A stretch of DNA of 64,000 nt from an uncultured Planctomycetia bacterium. GTDB lineage: Bacteria > Omnitrophota > Gorgyraeia > 2-02-FULL-51-18. The stretch covers positions 138,766 through 202,765 of the forward strand of contig CAZSGP010000002.1 in assembly GCA_964606485.1 (NCBI GenBank), given 5' to 3'. The position numbers and the translations under genes were made by a program. Below are positions 38,926 to 49,200 of the stretch, piece after piece; the first letter of the stretch is position 1; each line of letters begins with the position of its first letter. A model generated the notes under the pieces. It saw only the letters and a list, made by a program, of their open reading frames with translations. It ran no database searches and had not been told where the DNA came from.

Positions 38926-39339
38926 GTAAATTTTAGATAATATAAGTTCTTGCCGACTAAACATTTTCTTTTTGTCCGCCGGCTTCTGATCATCATACCC
39001 TAAAAGGTGAAGCGTGCCATGAATCAAATAACGCGCAAGCTCCTCTTTGAATGAAATCTTGAGTTCTTTCGAAAACGATTTGGCCATGTCCACCGAGACA
39101 ACCAAGTCACCCAGATAATCCGACTCTGGCCCAGGGCCAGCGCCGAACGAAATGACGTCGGTGGCATAATCGTGTTTCAGGAATTTTTTGTTGATCTGTC
39201 GAATCTTGCGGTTGTCCGTCAAAAGGACGCTCACCGAGCAGCGCTTCGATTTTTCAGTTTTTAATGTGTGGTGAACAACGCTTGAAACCCAGGACTGTGT
39301 GACGCTTGGCAACTTTTTAGAAAAGCGGACTTCTATCAA
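38920..39339 (-). CDS. ybeY: endoribonuclease YbeY (rRNA maturation factor)
   Basis: 139 aa with the HGTLHLLGYDD zinc-binding motif. The final IYG and the stop codon are encoded within repeat copy 1. Confidence 0.88.
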   Translation of the reverse strand: MIEVRFSKKLPSVTQSWVSSVVHHTLKTEKSKRCSVSVLLTDNRKIRQINKKFLKHDYATDVISFGAGPGPESDYLGDLVVSVDMAKSFSKELKISFKEELARYLIHGTLHLLGYDDQKPADKKKMFSRQELILSKIYG

Positions 39340-41072
39340 CGAAGTTTAATTCCAACTTCTTTTAGTTGGCGCTCTGAGGCCTGAGACGGCGCCTCGGTCA
39401 TCGGGCAAACGGCTTTTTGATTTTTGGGAAACGCAATCACTTCGCGGATGGAGTCAAGCCCCAGGAGAATCGTGAGAACGCGGTCAATGCCGAGGGCGGC
39501 TCCTCCGTGCGGAGGCGCACCAAACTGAAATGCTTTCAAAAGAAACCCGAATCTTTTTTGAATTTCTTCAGGCGCCAAGCCAATTGCTTCAAAAATTTCT
39601 TTCTGCATAGCTTCCGAGTGAATACGGATTGAGCCGGACGCAATTTCATTCCCATTCAAAACCAAGTCATAAGCGCGAGAACGGACCGGCTCGTGATTGC
39701 CATCGGACTTAAACTTCTTCCAGTCTTCCACATTCGGCGACGTGAAGGGATGGTGCTCGCTCGCCCATCGCTTTTCTTCAGCGTCGTAGGCAAATAATGG
39801 GAAATCAATCACCCAGCTAAAATGAAATTCATCGGCCTTCATTAATTTTTTAGTCTTCCCTAAATGTAAGCGCAGGGCACCTAAAATTTTTAACGACTTA
39901 TGACGGTCGCCCGCAGCAAAGAAAATCATGTCACCGGCATTAGCTCCGGAGACTTTTTTAATTTCGGCTAGCATCTCTGGTTTAAAAAATTTGGCAATCG
40001 GTGCTTCGAGTCCCGCTTCGGTGACTTTGAAATACGCCAATCCCCCAGCTCCTTCAGCTTTCACAAATTCAGTGAGCGCATCAATTTCGCTACGGGGAAT
40101 GGCAGCGCCACCCGACAAAACAATTGCAAACACGCCGCTCTTTGGAGCTGAAACCGCTTCATTGAAAATTTTAAACTCGCAACCCTTAACCGCCGAAGAG
40201 AGCTCTTTAATTTCCATGCCGAAACGCAGGTCCGGTTTGTCCGAGCCGTATTTGGCCATGGCGTCTTGATAAGTCAGTTGAACAAATGGCGTTTTTAAGT
40301 CGCGGCCCATCACCTCTTTGAAAACATTCTTCATCACGTCTTCGACGACGACAAACAAATCTTTTTCATCGATGAAGGACATTTCGAGATCAAGCTGGGT
40401 GAATTCGGGCTGGCGATCAGCACGCAAATCCTCATCGCGGAAACATTTGGCAATTTGGAAATAACGGTCAAATCCGGACACCATGAGAATTTGCTTAAAA
40501 AGCTGCGGGGACTGCGGCAACGCGTAGAACTCCCCTTGGTTCACGCGGCTCGGAACCAAATAGTCGCGCGCGCCTTCCGGAGTTGACTTTGTGAGAATCG
40601 GTGTCTCGACTTCAATAAAATTGTGCTTATCAAGACTCTGACGCATGACTTGATAAATTTTGTGACGCGCGAATAAATTTTTCTGCACCGACGGATTGCG
40701 CAAATCAAGGTAACGGTACGTCATGCGCAGTTCTTCGTTGGTCTCCTGGCTTTTGGTCACTTCAAACGGAAGCGCTTGGCAGGAATTTAAAAGTTCGACG
40801 GTTGCTTTTGTAATTTCAATTTGGCCAGTGGGAAGCTTTGAGTTTTCGGTGCCTTGAGGACGGCGCTCAACGGTGCCAGTTACGCGGACAACTTCTTCGG
40901 ATTTAAACTGCGCGCCCTGCCCTGCGACGACTTGCGTTTTTCCGTAACGGTCACGCACGTCAATAAACGTAACACCACCATGATCGCGCACGGTGTCGAC
41001 CCAGCCGGAGAGTGTGACGTTTTGTCCGATATTTTTTTCGGTGAGTTCACCGCAAGTGTGAGTTCTTAGCAT
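39336..41072 (-). CDS. aspS: aspartate--tRNA ligase
   Basis: 578 aa with an N-terminal OB anticodon-binding domain and class-II motifs (FRDEDLRADRQPEFTQLD, GGAAIPR...GLDR). Confidence 0.93.
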   Translation of the reverse strand: MLRTHTCGELTEKNIGQNVTLSGWVDTVRDHGGVTFIDVRDRYGKTQVVAGQGAQFKSEEVVRVTGTVERRPQGTENSKLPTGQIEITKATVELLNSCQALPFEVTKSQETNEELRMTYRYLDLRNPSVQKNLFARHKIYQVMRQSLDKHNFIEVETPILTKSTPEGARDYLVPSRVNQGEFYALPQSPQLFKQILMVSGFDRYFQIAKCFRDEDLRADRQPEFTQLDLEMSFIDEKDLFVVVEDVMKNVFKEVMGRDLKTPFVQLTYQDAMAKYGSDKPDLRFGMEIKELSSAVKGCEFKIFNEAVSAPKSGVFAIVLSGGAAIPRSEIDALTEFVKAEGAGGLAYFKVTEAGLEAPIAKFFKPEMLAEIKKVSGANAGDMIFFAAGDRHKSLKILGALRLHLGKTKKLMKADEFHFSWVIDFPLFAYDAEEKRWASEHHPFTSPNVEDWKKFKSDGNHEPVRSRAYDLVLNGNEIASGSIRIHSEAMQKEIFEAIGLAPEEIQKRFGFLLKAFQFGAPPHGGAALGIDRVLTILLGLDSIREVIAFPKNQKAVCPMTEAPSQASERQLKEVGIKLR

Positions 41073-41096
41073 AATATTCTCTAACCGAAATTGAAC

Positions 41097-41169
41097 GGGT
41101 CCTGCCGGCGGTTGTCCGTTCGAAAGCCACCTTCGGTGTTTTCGAGACGGACGCCTACCGCCGTCACCC
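41097..41169 (+). repeat. 75-nt palindromic repeat element, copy 2 (supplies the last codons and TGA stop of hisS)
   Basis: The same core as copy 1, with the different complementary flank gaaattgaacggg/cccgttcaatttc. The central hairpin is gccacc-UUCG-gtg. Confidence 0.85.
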
Positions 41170-42423
41170 GTTCAATTTTCGAATAATCTCCGTTACCTCA
41201 GTAAACTTAAGCTCTTGTTGACTGCCGTCGTTCAAATCTTTTAAAACAGCGACGCCTTTTTCAATTTCGTTGTCGCCCAAAATAATCATGTACCGACTTC
41301 CGGACTTGTCGGCTGAGCGCATTTGGCTTTTCAGCGACTTGCCGTCCAAATCCATAAAGGCCGCTATTTTATGCGACCGGAGCTCTCCAAGCAACCCAAA
41401 AGCGACTTGAAATGCTTTCTCCCCCAAAGCTGCAAGGAACACGCTGTTTTTTCGGACGGGTGCTGCGTCGTTTTGTTTTTCGAGACACATTTGAAGACGT
41501 TCAACGCCTACTGCAAAACCGACCGCCCCCAATTTTGGCCCACCGAAGGATTCGATTAAATTATCGTAGCGACCGCCTGCTCCCAGCGCGTCTTGAGCGC
41601 CAAGCTTTGGGTGAGTAACTTCAAAAACCGTCAGCGTGTAATAATCAAGACCTCTCACCATAAAATCATCTTGAATGTAGGAAATTTTGAGTGCGTCGAG
41701 CGCTCGGCAAACTTTTTCGTAATGGGCTGTGCTCTCCGCGGTTAGGAATTTTTTTAGCGGCGGCGATTGGCGTGCGATTTTCCGGCACGTTTCAACTTTG
41801 CAATCTAAAAGACGAAATACATTTTTTTCCATGCGGCGTTTGCAGTCCTCGCACAATTCTTTGGCGTGAGGCTTAAAAAATTCAAGAAGCTCTCCCCTAA
41901 AAATTTTTCGCTCGTCGAAAGTTCCGAGATTATTCAGTTTTACTTTGTAGCCATGCGCACCAACAGCGTCTAAAAAAGTGGTGAGTGCGTGAATGGCTTC
42001 GGCGTCGGCGTAAGGGCTATTTGTCCCAAGCTCCTCAACTCCGATCTGATGAAACTGTCTTAAGCGACCCGCTTGGGGACGTTCGCTTCGAAACATCGGA
42101 CCCATGTAATAAAACTTTTCGAGACCATTTTTTTTGTCGAGTTCATTTTCGAGATACGCGCGGACCACACCCGCTGTTCCTTCAGGACGAAGCGCTACAC
42201 GCGTACCAGAGCGATCTTCAAATTCATACATTTCTTTTTGGACAATGTCGGTCTCGGTTCCGATCGCGCGGCAAAAAACATCTTTCTCTTCCATGATGGG
42301 CGTGCGGAGTTCTTGAAATCCAAATTTGGAAAATGTTTCGCGCGCTTTGGATTCGATAAAAGAAAAATCCAGTGCGTCTTGGGAAAAAATATCGTGCGTG
42401 CCGCGAAGGCGTTGAAAATTCAC
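41164..42423 (-). CDS. hisS: histidine--tRNA ligase
   Basis: 419 aa with class-II motifs and a HisRS anticodon-binding C-terminus. The final NG and the stop codon lie within repeat copy 2. Confidence 0.9.
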   Translation of the reverse strand: MNFQRLRGTHDIFSQDALDFSFIESKARETFSKFGFQELRTPIMEEKDVFCRAIGTETDIVQKEMYEFEDRSGTRVALRPEGTAGVVRAYLENELDKKNGLEKFYYMGPMFRSERPQAGRLRQFHQIGVEELGTNSPYADAEAIHALTTFLDAVGAHGYKVKLNNLGTFDERKIFRGELLEFFKPHAKELCEDCKRRMEKNVFRLLDCKVETCRKIARQSPPLKKFLTAESTAHYEKVCRALDALKISYIQDDFMVRGLDYYTLTVFEVTHPKLGAQDALGAGGRYDNLIESFGGPKLGAVGFAVGVERLQMCLEKQNDAAPVRKNSVFLAALGEKAFQVAFGLLGELRSHKIAAFMDLDGKSLKSQMRSADKSGSRYMIILGDNEIEKGVAVLKDLNDGSQQELKFTEVTEIIRKLNG

Positions 42424-42452
42424 GGGAGAAATGGGCGCGGTAAACCGCGCCC

Positions 42453-42731
42453 CTACTTAACGTCTTTCTTCATAATGAGGCCGGGTTTAAAAACCACGAC
42501 CTTTTTTGGGGGAACCGGAACTTCCTGGCCGGTGCGAGGGTTGCGCCCGAGTCTGCCGCGACGGGATTTAATTTTAAAAATCCCGAAATTGCGCAATTCG
42601 ACGGTCTGACCTTGAGCCAAATACTCGGTGATTTTATCAAGCGACGACTGAACAACACGCTTCACGTCAATCTGCTTGATGCCGGTTTCGTTCGAAACTT
42701 TGATAACAATATCTTTTTTAGTGATGGCCAT
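42453..42731 (-). CDS. HU/IHF-family DNA-binding protein
   Basis: 92 aa; the ...RNFGIFKIKSRRGRLGRNPRTGQEVPVPPKKVVVFKPG beta-arm is typical of HU/IHF. Confidence 0.85.
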   Translation of the reverse strand: MAITKKDIVIKVSNETGIKQIDVKRVVQSSLDKITEYLAQGQTVELRNFGIFKIKSRRGRLGRNPRTGQEVPVPPKKVVVFKPGLIMKKDVK

Positions 42732-42780
42732 GGGCTCCCCTCAATGTATGTATCAGCTTACCACACAAGAACTTACGGGG

Positions 42781-45700
42781 TCAAATTCTAAGACTAACCG
42801 CCTCGGATCCGACGAGCTCCTGGAGAGAGGTTACAAGCGTAGGGCTCGGTTTGACAAAAAGACTGCGGTCCACCAAGAGCTGGCTCTTTGCGTTATTTTT
42901 GTCTACAAACTCTAAGTACACCGGCACATTGCCGGGGTGCTGAGACAAAACGCCTTGCACGTTTTTGAGTGTATTTTCTTCAAGGCCTGACGCAACGAGC
43001 CGCACATGCACACTGCGCGTAAATTTTTTATGAACATCAGCAACTGGGGTGATCTCACTCACCAAGAGTTTTGGGTCCTGCTCTTTTTTATCGACATTGC
43101 CGCGAAAAAATAAAATAGCATCTTTAACCAGATGATGACCGAACTCTTTAAAGGTTTTAGGGAAAACCAAAAGATCGATGGTTCCTTCCAAATCTTCGAG
43201 ACCAACGATAGCCATTTTCTCACCGGCTTTTTTAGTGACAGTAAACTTAAGTTTGCTGACGAGTCCCCCAATCACCACTTCTTCTTGATCATTGCGTTTT
43301 CCGATAGTCGCGGTCGATACCGACGAATAGCTCTTAAGCTCGACCCCGAAACGCTTGAGCGGATGACCTGTGACATAAAACCCGAGCATCTCTTTTTCGA
43401 AGAGTAATTTTTCAGCGTCTTGCCATTCGGGGATATCCGGAATCCTTTGGAATTTGCTTTTATCTTCAAAAGAATCGAATAAAGATTTCTGTCCGGTCTC
43501 ACGGTCTTTCTGGATTTCACCGCCCATGGAAAGCGCTTGGTCCATCGCGCCAAAAAGCCGCGAACGAAAAATTCCCATGGTGTCAAAAGCGCCGCACTTG
43601 ATTAAACTTTCAAGCACTTTGCGGTTCACGACACGCAAGTCCACATTTTCAGTCAGATCAAAAAAAGATTTAAAACTTTTTTTCCGGATGCGCCCTTGAA
43701 TAATGGCGTCAATAGCCGTCTGCCCCACGTTTTTAACGGCGGCCAGTCCAAAGCGAATAGTCTCCTGGTCAATCACAGTGAATTGCGGAAAACTTTGATT
43801 TACATCCGGGGGCAACACCTTCAGCCCCATGCGCTTAGCTTCATCAATGTAGAGCACCACTTTGTCAGTGTTGTCTTTTTCCGAAGTAAGCAAAGCTGTC
43901 ATAAATTCCACCGAGTAATTGGCTTTCAAATACGCCGTGCGGAACGAAATGACGGCGTACGCGGCCGAGTGACTCTTGTTGAAACCGTATCCGGCAAAGT
44001 GCATGATCAAATTAAAAATTTTCTCGGCGACCTTTTTGTCGACTTTATTTTTGACGCAGCCCTCAACAAAATCATTTTTGGCTTCTTGAATAATTTCTTC
44101 TTTCTTCTTTGAAATGGCGCGGCGCAAACTATCGGCTTTGGCAAGCGAGAAACCGGCGAGGCTACTCACGATTTTCATAATCTGCTCTTGGAACACGATG
44201 ATGCCGTACGTATCTTTTAAGATGGGTTCCAAAAGTGGGTGATCGTAAACAATGGGGACCTGGCCGTGTTTGCGCTTAATAAAATCATCGACCATGCCCG
44301 AACCGATCGGACCCGGGCGATACAGCGCCAAGATAGCGATCAAATCTTCGAATTTATCCGGGCGCAGTTTCTTTAAAATGTCGCGCATGCCCGAACTTTC
44401 AAGCTGAAACACGCCCACGGACTGAGCTTTCACGAGCCATTCAAACGTTTTCACGTCATCCATCGGAATCTGGGACCAGTCGATTTCTTTTTTCTGCGTG
44501 CGCTTAATAATTTTGATGGTGTCTTCGATTACGGTGAGCGTGCGAAGTCCCAAGAAATCCATCTTAAGAAGCCCGATTTTTTCAAGCGACTCCATGGCAA
44601 ACATCGTGGAAATCTGACCGTCCCCCGTCTTGAAAAGCGGGACGTGTTCTTTTAAGGGGCGTTGGCTAATCACCACGCCGGCCGCGTGCGTCGACGCATG
44701 GCGCGTGGTTCCCTCTAAAATACGCGAGGTATCGATCAGCTCTTTGACTTGAGGATTCGTTTTGTAAAGATTTTTGAGCTCGGGCTCGCGCTCGAGCGCC
44801 ATATCGATCGTGATTTCAAGTTCGGTCGGAATCAGCTTCGCAATTTTATCCACTTCGTTATAAGGCATACTCATCACGCGACCCACATCACGGATAACGG
44901 CCTTGGCCATCATGGTTCCGAAGGTGATGATCTGAGCGACGTTGTCCTTGGAATATTTGTCGGTCACGTATTGAATAACGTTGTCGCGGTTTTCGTAGCA
45001 AAAATCGATATCGATATCCGGCATGGTGACGCGGTCAGGGTTTAAGAAGCGCTCGAACAGCAAATCGTATTTGAGCGGGTCGATGTCGGTGATGCCGAGC
45101 GCATAACTCACCACACTGCCCGCCGCCGAACCGCGGCCCGGACCCACCGGAATGCCGTTGCTCTTCGCAAAATTCACAAAATCCCAAACGACAAGGAAAT
45201 AACTCACGTATCCGCTTTTACGGATCACCGCAAGCTCATGCTTCACACGCTCTTTGATGGCGTCCGTGATCGGAATATACCGCTTTTCAAGCCCAGCCTG
45301 AACGAGCTCATCCAAATACCCATCTTGAGTTTTTCCAGGAGGCGGCGTGTACTCGGGCACGTAGGTTTTTGAAAAATCGAGTTTTAAATTGCACATCTCC
45401 GAAATTTTCACCGTGTTTTCGATGGCTTCCGGCACATCGCGAAACGCTTTTTCCATTTCCTCGGCGGTTTTGAAATAAAAATCGTCGCTTTGAAAGCGGG
45501 CACGGTTCGTGTCATCGAGCGTGGTTTGTGTTTGCAGACAAAGCACCACTTCGTGAGCGCGGGCAAATTCGCGCTTTAAATATTTCACGTCGTTGGTCGC
45601 GACCACGCCAATTCCAAGTTCTTTGCCCAGCGCAATCATATCGTCGTTGACGCGTTCTTGTTCGCGAATTCCATTGCGGATAATTTCTAAATAATAATTT

Positions 45701-46212
45701 TCTTTCCCGAAAATTTCTGTGTATTCTTTCGCGGCCGCGCGGCCGCGCTCGGGCTGACCGATGTTAAAGCAGTATGGAATTTCCCCTCTCAGATTTCCGG
45801 AGAGCGCGATGAGACCCTTCGAATGCTTCCGCAAACATTCCTTATCCACGCGCGGCTTATAATAAAAACCTTCAAGATAACCGATCGTGACAAGCTCGAT
45901 TAAATTCCGGTAGCCTTCCATATCTTTGCAAAGAAGAACCAGAGGATGGGACGCTCCGGGAAGTCCGTGTGTGGCGCGCTCAAAGCGGCTTTCAGGAGCG
46001 ACGTATACTTCGGCGCCGATAATGGGTTTAATCCCAGCTTTTTGGCAAGCGTTGTAAAACTCAATGGCGCCAAACATATTGCCGTTGTCGGTAATGGCAA
46101 GCGCCGGCATCTTCAGCGCTTTGGCCGTGTCGGCTAAATCGTCGACAAAGCACACGGCGTCTAAGAGGCTGTACTGAGAATGGACATGAAGGTGAACGAA
46201 TTTGGAACTCAT
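42781..46212 (-). CDS. dnaE: DNA polymerase III subunit alpha
   Basis: 1143 aa with an N-terminal PHP domain (HLHVHSQYSLLDA), a polymerase core and a C-terminal OB fold. Confidence 0.95.
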   Translation of the reverse strand: MSSKFVHLHVHSQYSLLDAVCFVDDLADTAKALKMPALAITDNGNMFGAIEFYNACQKAGIKPIIGAEVYVAPESRFERATHGLPGASHPLVLLCKDMEGYRNLIELVTIGYLEGFYYKPRVDKECLRKHSKGLIALSGNLRGEIPYCFNIGQPERGRAAAKEYTEIFGKENYYLEIIRNGIREQERVNDDMIALGKELGIGVVATNDVKYLKREFARAHEVVLCLQTQTTLDDTNRARFQSDDFYFKTAEEMEKAFRDVPEAIENTVKISEMCNLKLDFSKTYVPEYTPPPGKTQDGYLDELVQAGLEKRYIPITDAIKERVKHELAVIRKSGYVSYFLVVWDFVNFAKSNGIPVGPGRGSAAGSVVSYALGITDIDPLKYDLLFERFLNPDRVTMPDIDIDFCYENRDNVIQYVTDKYSKDNVAQIITFGTMMAKAVIRDVGRVMSMPYNEVDKIAKLIPTELEITIDMALEREPELKNLYKTNPQVKELIDTSRILEGTTRHASTHAAGVVISQRPLKEHVPLFKTGDGQISTMFAMESLEKIGLLKMDFLGLRTLTVIEDTIKIIKRTQKKEIDWSQIPMDDVKTFEWLVKAQSVGVFQLESSGMRDILKKLRPDKFEDLIAILALYRPGPIGSGMVDDFIKRKHGQVPIVYDHPLLEPILKDTYGIIVFQEQIMKIVSSLAGFSLAKADSLRRAISKKKEEIIQEAKNDFVEGCVKNKVDKKVAEKIFNLIMHFAGYGFNKSHSAAYAVISFRTAYLKANYSVEFMTALLTSEKDNTDKVVLYIDEAKRMGLKVLPPDVNQSFPQFTVIDQETIRFGLAAVKNVGQTAIDAIIQGRIRKKSFKSFFDLTENVDLRVVNRKVLESLIKCGAFDTMGIFRSRLFGAMDQALSMGGEIQKDRETGQKSLFDSFEDKSKFQRIPDIPEWQDAEKLLFEKEMLGFYVTGHPLKRFGVELKSYSSVSTATIGKRNDQEEVVIGGLVSKLKFTVTKKAGEKMAIVGLEDLEGTIDLLVFPKTFKEFGHHLVKDAILFFRGNVDKKEQDPKLLVSEITPVADVHKKFTRSVHVRLVASGLEENTLKNVQGVLSQHPGNVPVYLEFVDKNNAKSQLLVDRSLFVKPSPTLVTSLQELVGSEAVSLRI

Positions 46213-46261
46213 AACTGAAACCGGATTATAACAAAAAATGGACGAGTCGAGCGAACAAGCT

Positions 46262-49200
46262 TTAAGCGGCCTGGCGAATCAGGCGGTCGGCGAGTCTCGC
46301 GGCAGAAAAAGCCTGATTGAGCGTGAGTTTGGCGAGTGCCGGAATCGCTGAGAGCTCCGGATTGTCGAGATCGCTAGCATTTTGAATCTCGTGGCCCGTA
46401 AGCCGCCTCATCAATGAAAAAATATCTGCGAAGTTTTGATCATCCATCTTACGCATCCGCGCGCGTTTTAGACCGATTCGAATTTGCGCTCTAAAATTAG
46501 GGATGTCCCCTTCTTCTAAAGTTTTATGATAAGCAGGAATCGTTTTTGGATCCAACACTCCGCCCGGCGTGGTCAAAAGTGCGGCAGGAATATCGCCAAG
46601 ATCTGTTCCGTCCTCTACCAAATTATCCAGAAGAGACGGTTCCATAGCCTCGATTCTTTTTTTCACTTTTTCGATAAGCTGCGTATCCGTACTTCTTAAA
46701 ATAAATTTTGCATCCTTCTTTGCTAAACTCATTTCGCGGATCAAGATGGGCAGAATGATCTCATCAAACCCTTTAAGCGTCGGCCCAAATTGGTCCAGAT
46801 CCACGATGCCAGCCGCCTCCCCTTGTCCTTGCTTAAGATCTGCCAACGCCAAATTATTTTGCTCGTAAAGCATTTTGAAATCGGCCATGGGCATTTGAAT
46901 TTGAACCCGTTCAGCCTGAGCAGAGCCGGTTATTTTTTTCCAATTCACCTTTTGACTGCCATTGAGCGTCAGGGTTGCGTCGCCGTTGTCGACGTAATCC
47001 AACTCCAGAGCGCCCAACACCAGCTTGGCTGATTTTTCTTCGGTGGCCTGGCGGACACATGCCACGAAAATAACGGTCTCTTCCGGCAAAATCTTTCGCC
47101 CTACTTGTTCTTTGGCCAGCCGCGCGGCTGCGCTTTGCCTGTGTTCCTTTAAATAATGATGGAGCAAAAGTTTGGCCCTATGAAAAATATACGACTGACC
47201 CCGGAACTCGGAACGCTTACGAATCAAGACCTGTTTATTGTTGAGCTTGTTTTTAAAGCTTCGAAGAATTGCTAATTTAACACCGCCATTAGCAAATCCT
47301 TCGCGAATGATTTTTAAATCCGGCTCGAGACTTTGACGCACCGGTTCCGGTAGCGTGCGCACCACGGCGGCCAAGTATTTTATGTGCTCGCTCATACTCG
47401 CGAGCGTAAAATCAGACTCTATAAATACGCCTGAAAATTTTTCAATGACTCTTGAAAAATCCCGCTCAAGCATCTGGTCGATCTCTGCATCTTGCGCTTT
47501 TGAAAGCTCGGCATCCAGCGCTCGCAAAAGTGCCGCTTTCTCGATCTTGTCGTTTAAGAATTTCCCGATCACCTCGCGGCTAAAATAATCCCGCGCCTCC
47601 GGCTGAAGCCGGGTCCACTCCTCGGCAATTTTTAACCGCCAAGCACGCCGGACCTGCTCTCCCTGTACAACTCCCTTAAATGAGATGCCCGCCAAATTCC
47701 GCTTTGGAATAAAAGCCGCGGCGAGACCCGGTAAACGTAAAATGACCGCGTAATCGATCCAGAACTGTTTAAGGCGTTGGGGAATTTGAGTAACGGAACT
47801 GCCGTCAGAATCAGCAAGCCGCGCGCCGCTCTGAGACTCCTTGTCCGACTCGCTCCAAATATCAGAAATTTTTTTAAAAGCAGCCGGAATCCTGTGAATT
47901 GCAGTATCGGCCATAAAATAAATCACAAAACCCAGCCCATAGGCTGTCAGGAGGCTTTGGTAGGCTTGTAATTTAAATACGAAACTTAGTTGATGGAGGT
48001 CAGAGAGGGCCCAAGTGATATTTCCCAAAAAAAGCCAATAAATCGCAAGTCCTTGGGCAAACAGTGCAATCCAGGGCCTTTGATTCCAAATACCGGTCCG
48101 TAGTAGACCGATCGGAATCGCAACCCCCATAGAAAAGGGCAAGATCCCGCACAAAAAAACAGAAAATCGTGGCAAGTGGTGGCCAAAAACCGGCAGAGTG
48201 TATCCCGACGCAGCTCCGGGCGGATCGACATGGGCTACAACGCCCGGTACCCAAAGAACCGCTTGATTCAAAATTCCTGCAAAGGCGGTCGCTTCGGGGT
48301 TAAATCCGACGGCGGAGATCCCGCCCATTAAAAAAACGGGGATGTGGTGAAAAAGCTCGTGGCAAAAAAATGAAATCGCATTGAGCGGAAGGTAGTAACC
48401 AAAGTACGGGTCAAAAACAAAACTAAATCCGACGACAAAAAAAATCAGCTTCCGCCACTGCCAATCATTTTCGGCATTCAATGCTTTTTTCACAATTAAG
48501 GCGTGTAGAGGCAACATCGCAGCGGCATTCGCTAGATATTCGTAAGCGAGCCTCGCGCCCTGAGCGCGTTGTCCGGACCGAAGCGCGAACAACTCTTCCG
48601 CGGAAACTTCCACCACCGTCTGGTTATTAAAACGAGTATCGAGCAACGAGCAAATGCTGTCCCAACTTAGAAGAATATCAGGGTAATCCGTCCGATCGGG
48701 TCTTTGATAGCGAATGCCTACGCTCTCTGACGTCGCAACGATCATCGCTTTCTGCGCCGAACTTTTCATCGGCCGCTCAATCATCAGCTTGCGCGCATTT
48801 TTAGACTTGAGAGCCGCTTCGAGCTTCGGCATAATTCCAACAATGATCGCTCTTGTGTCTGCACGGAAACTACTGACTAAAATTTTTGGGGTTGTTGCTG
48901 GCAAACTGTCGATCGCTTCAATAATTTCCCGCGCTTTAGCCGCAGAATAGTCGTCCAACACCGGTGCTTTGTTGGGAAGTAAATGCTGGTGCAAAACCGC
49001 GCCTTGAGGCGCGCGGCCCTTCTCTAGGGAAACAGCAACAATGCCCTGACAATTGAACAATCCACCTGTCGCGAGCATCGTGTGGCTATTCAATTCGCCC
49101 GAAATCATCGCGGACTTTTCAGGAGAACCGAATTCCGCATTCAAAATCTTGAAACCCTGCCCACGGTAAACATCAGTCGCCACTCTCATGAACGGTGCCT

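Noticed and set aside
42073-42609. 178-aa plus-strand ORF
   Set aside because: Antisense to hisS and the HU gene, with no conserved features.
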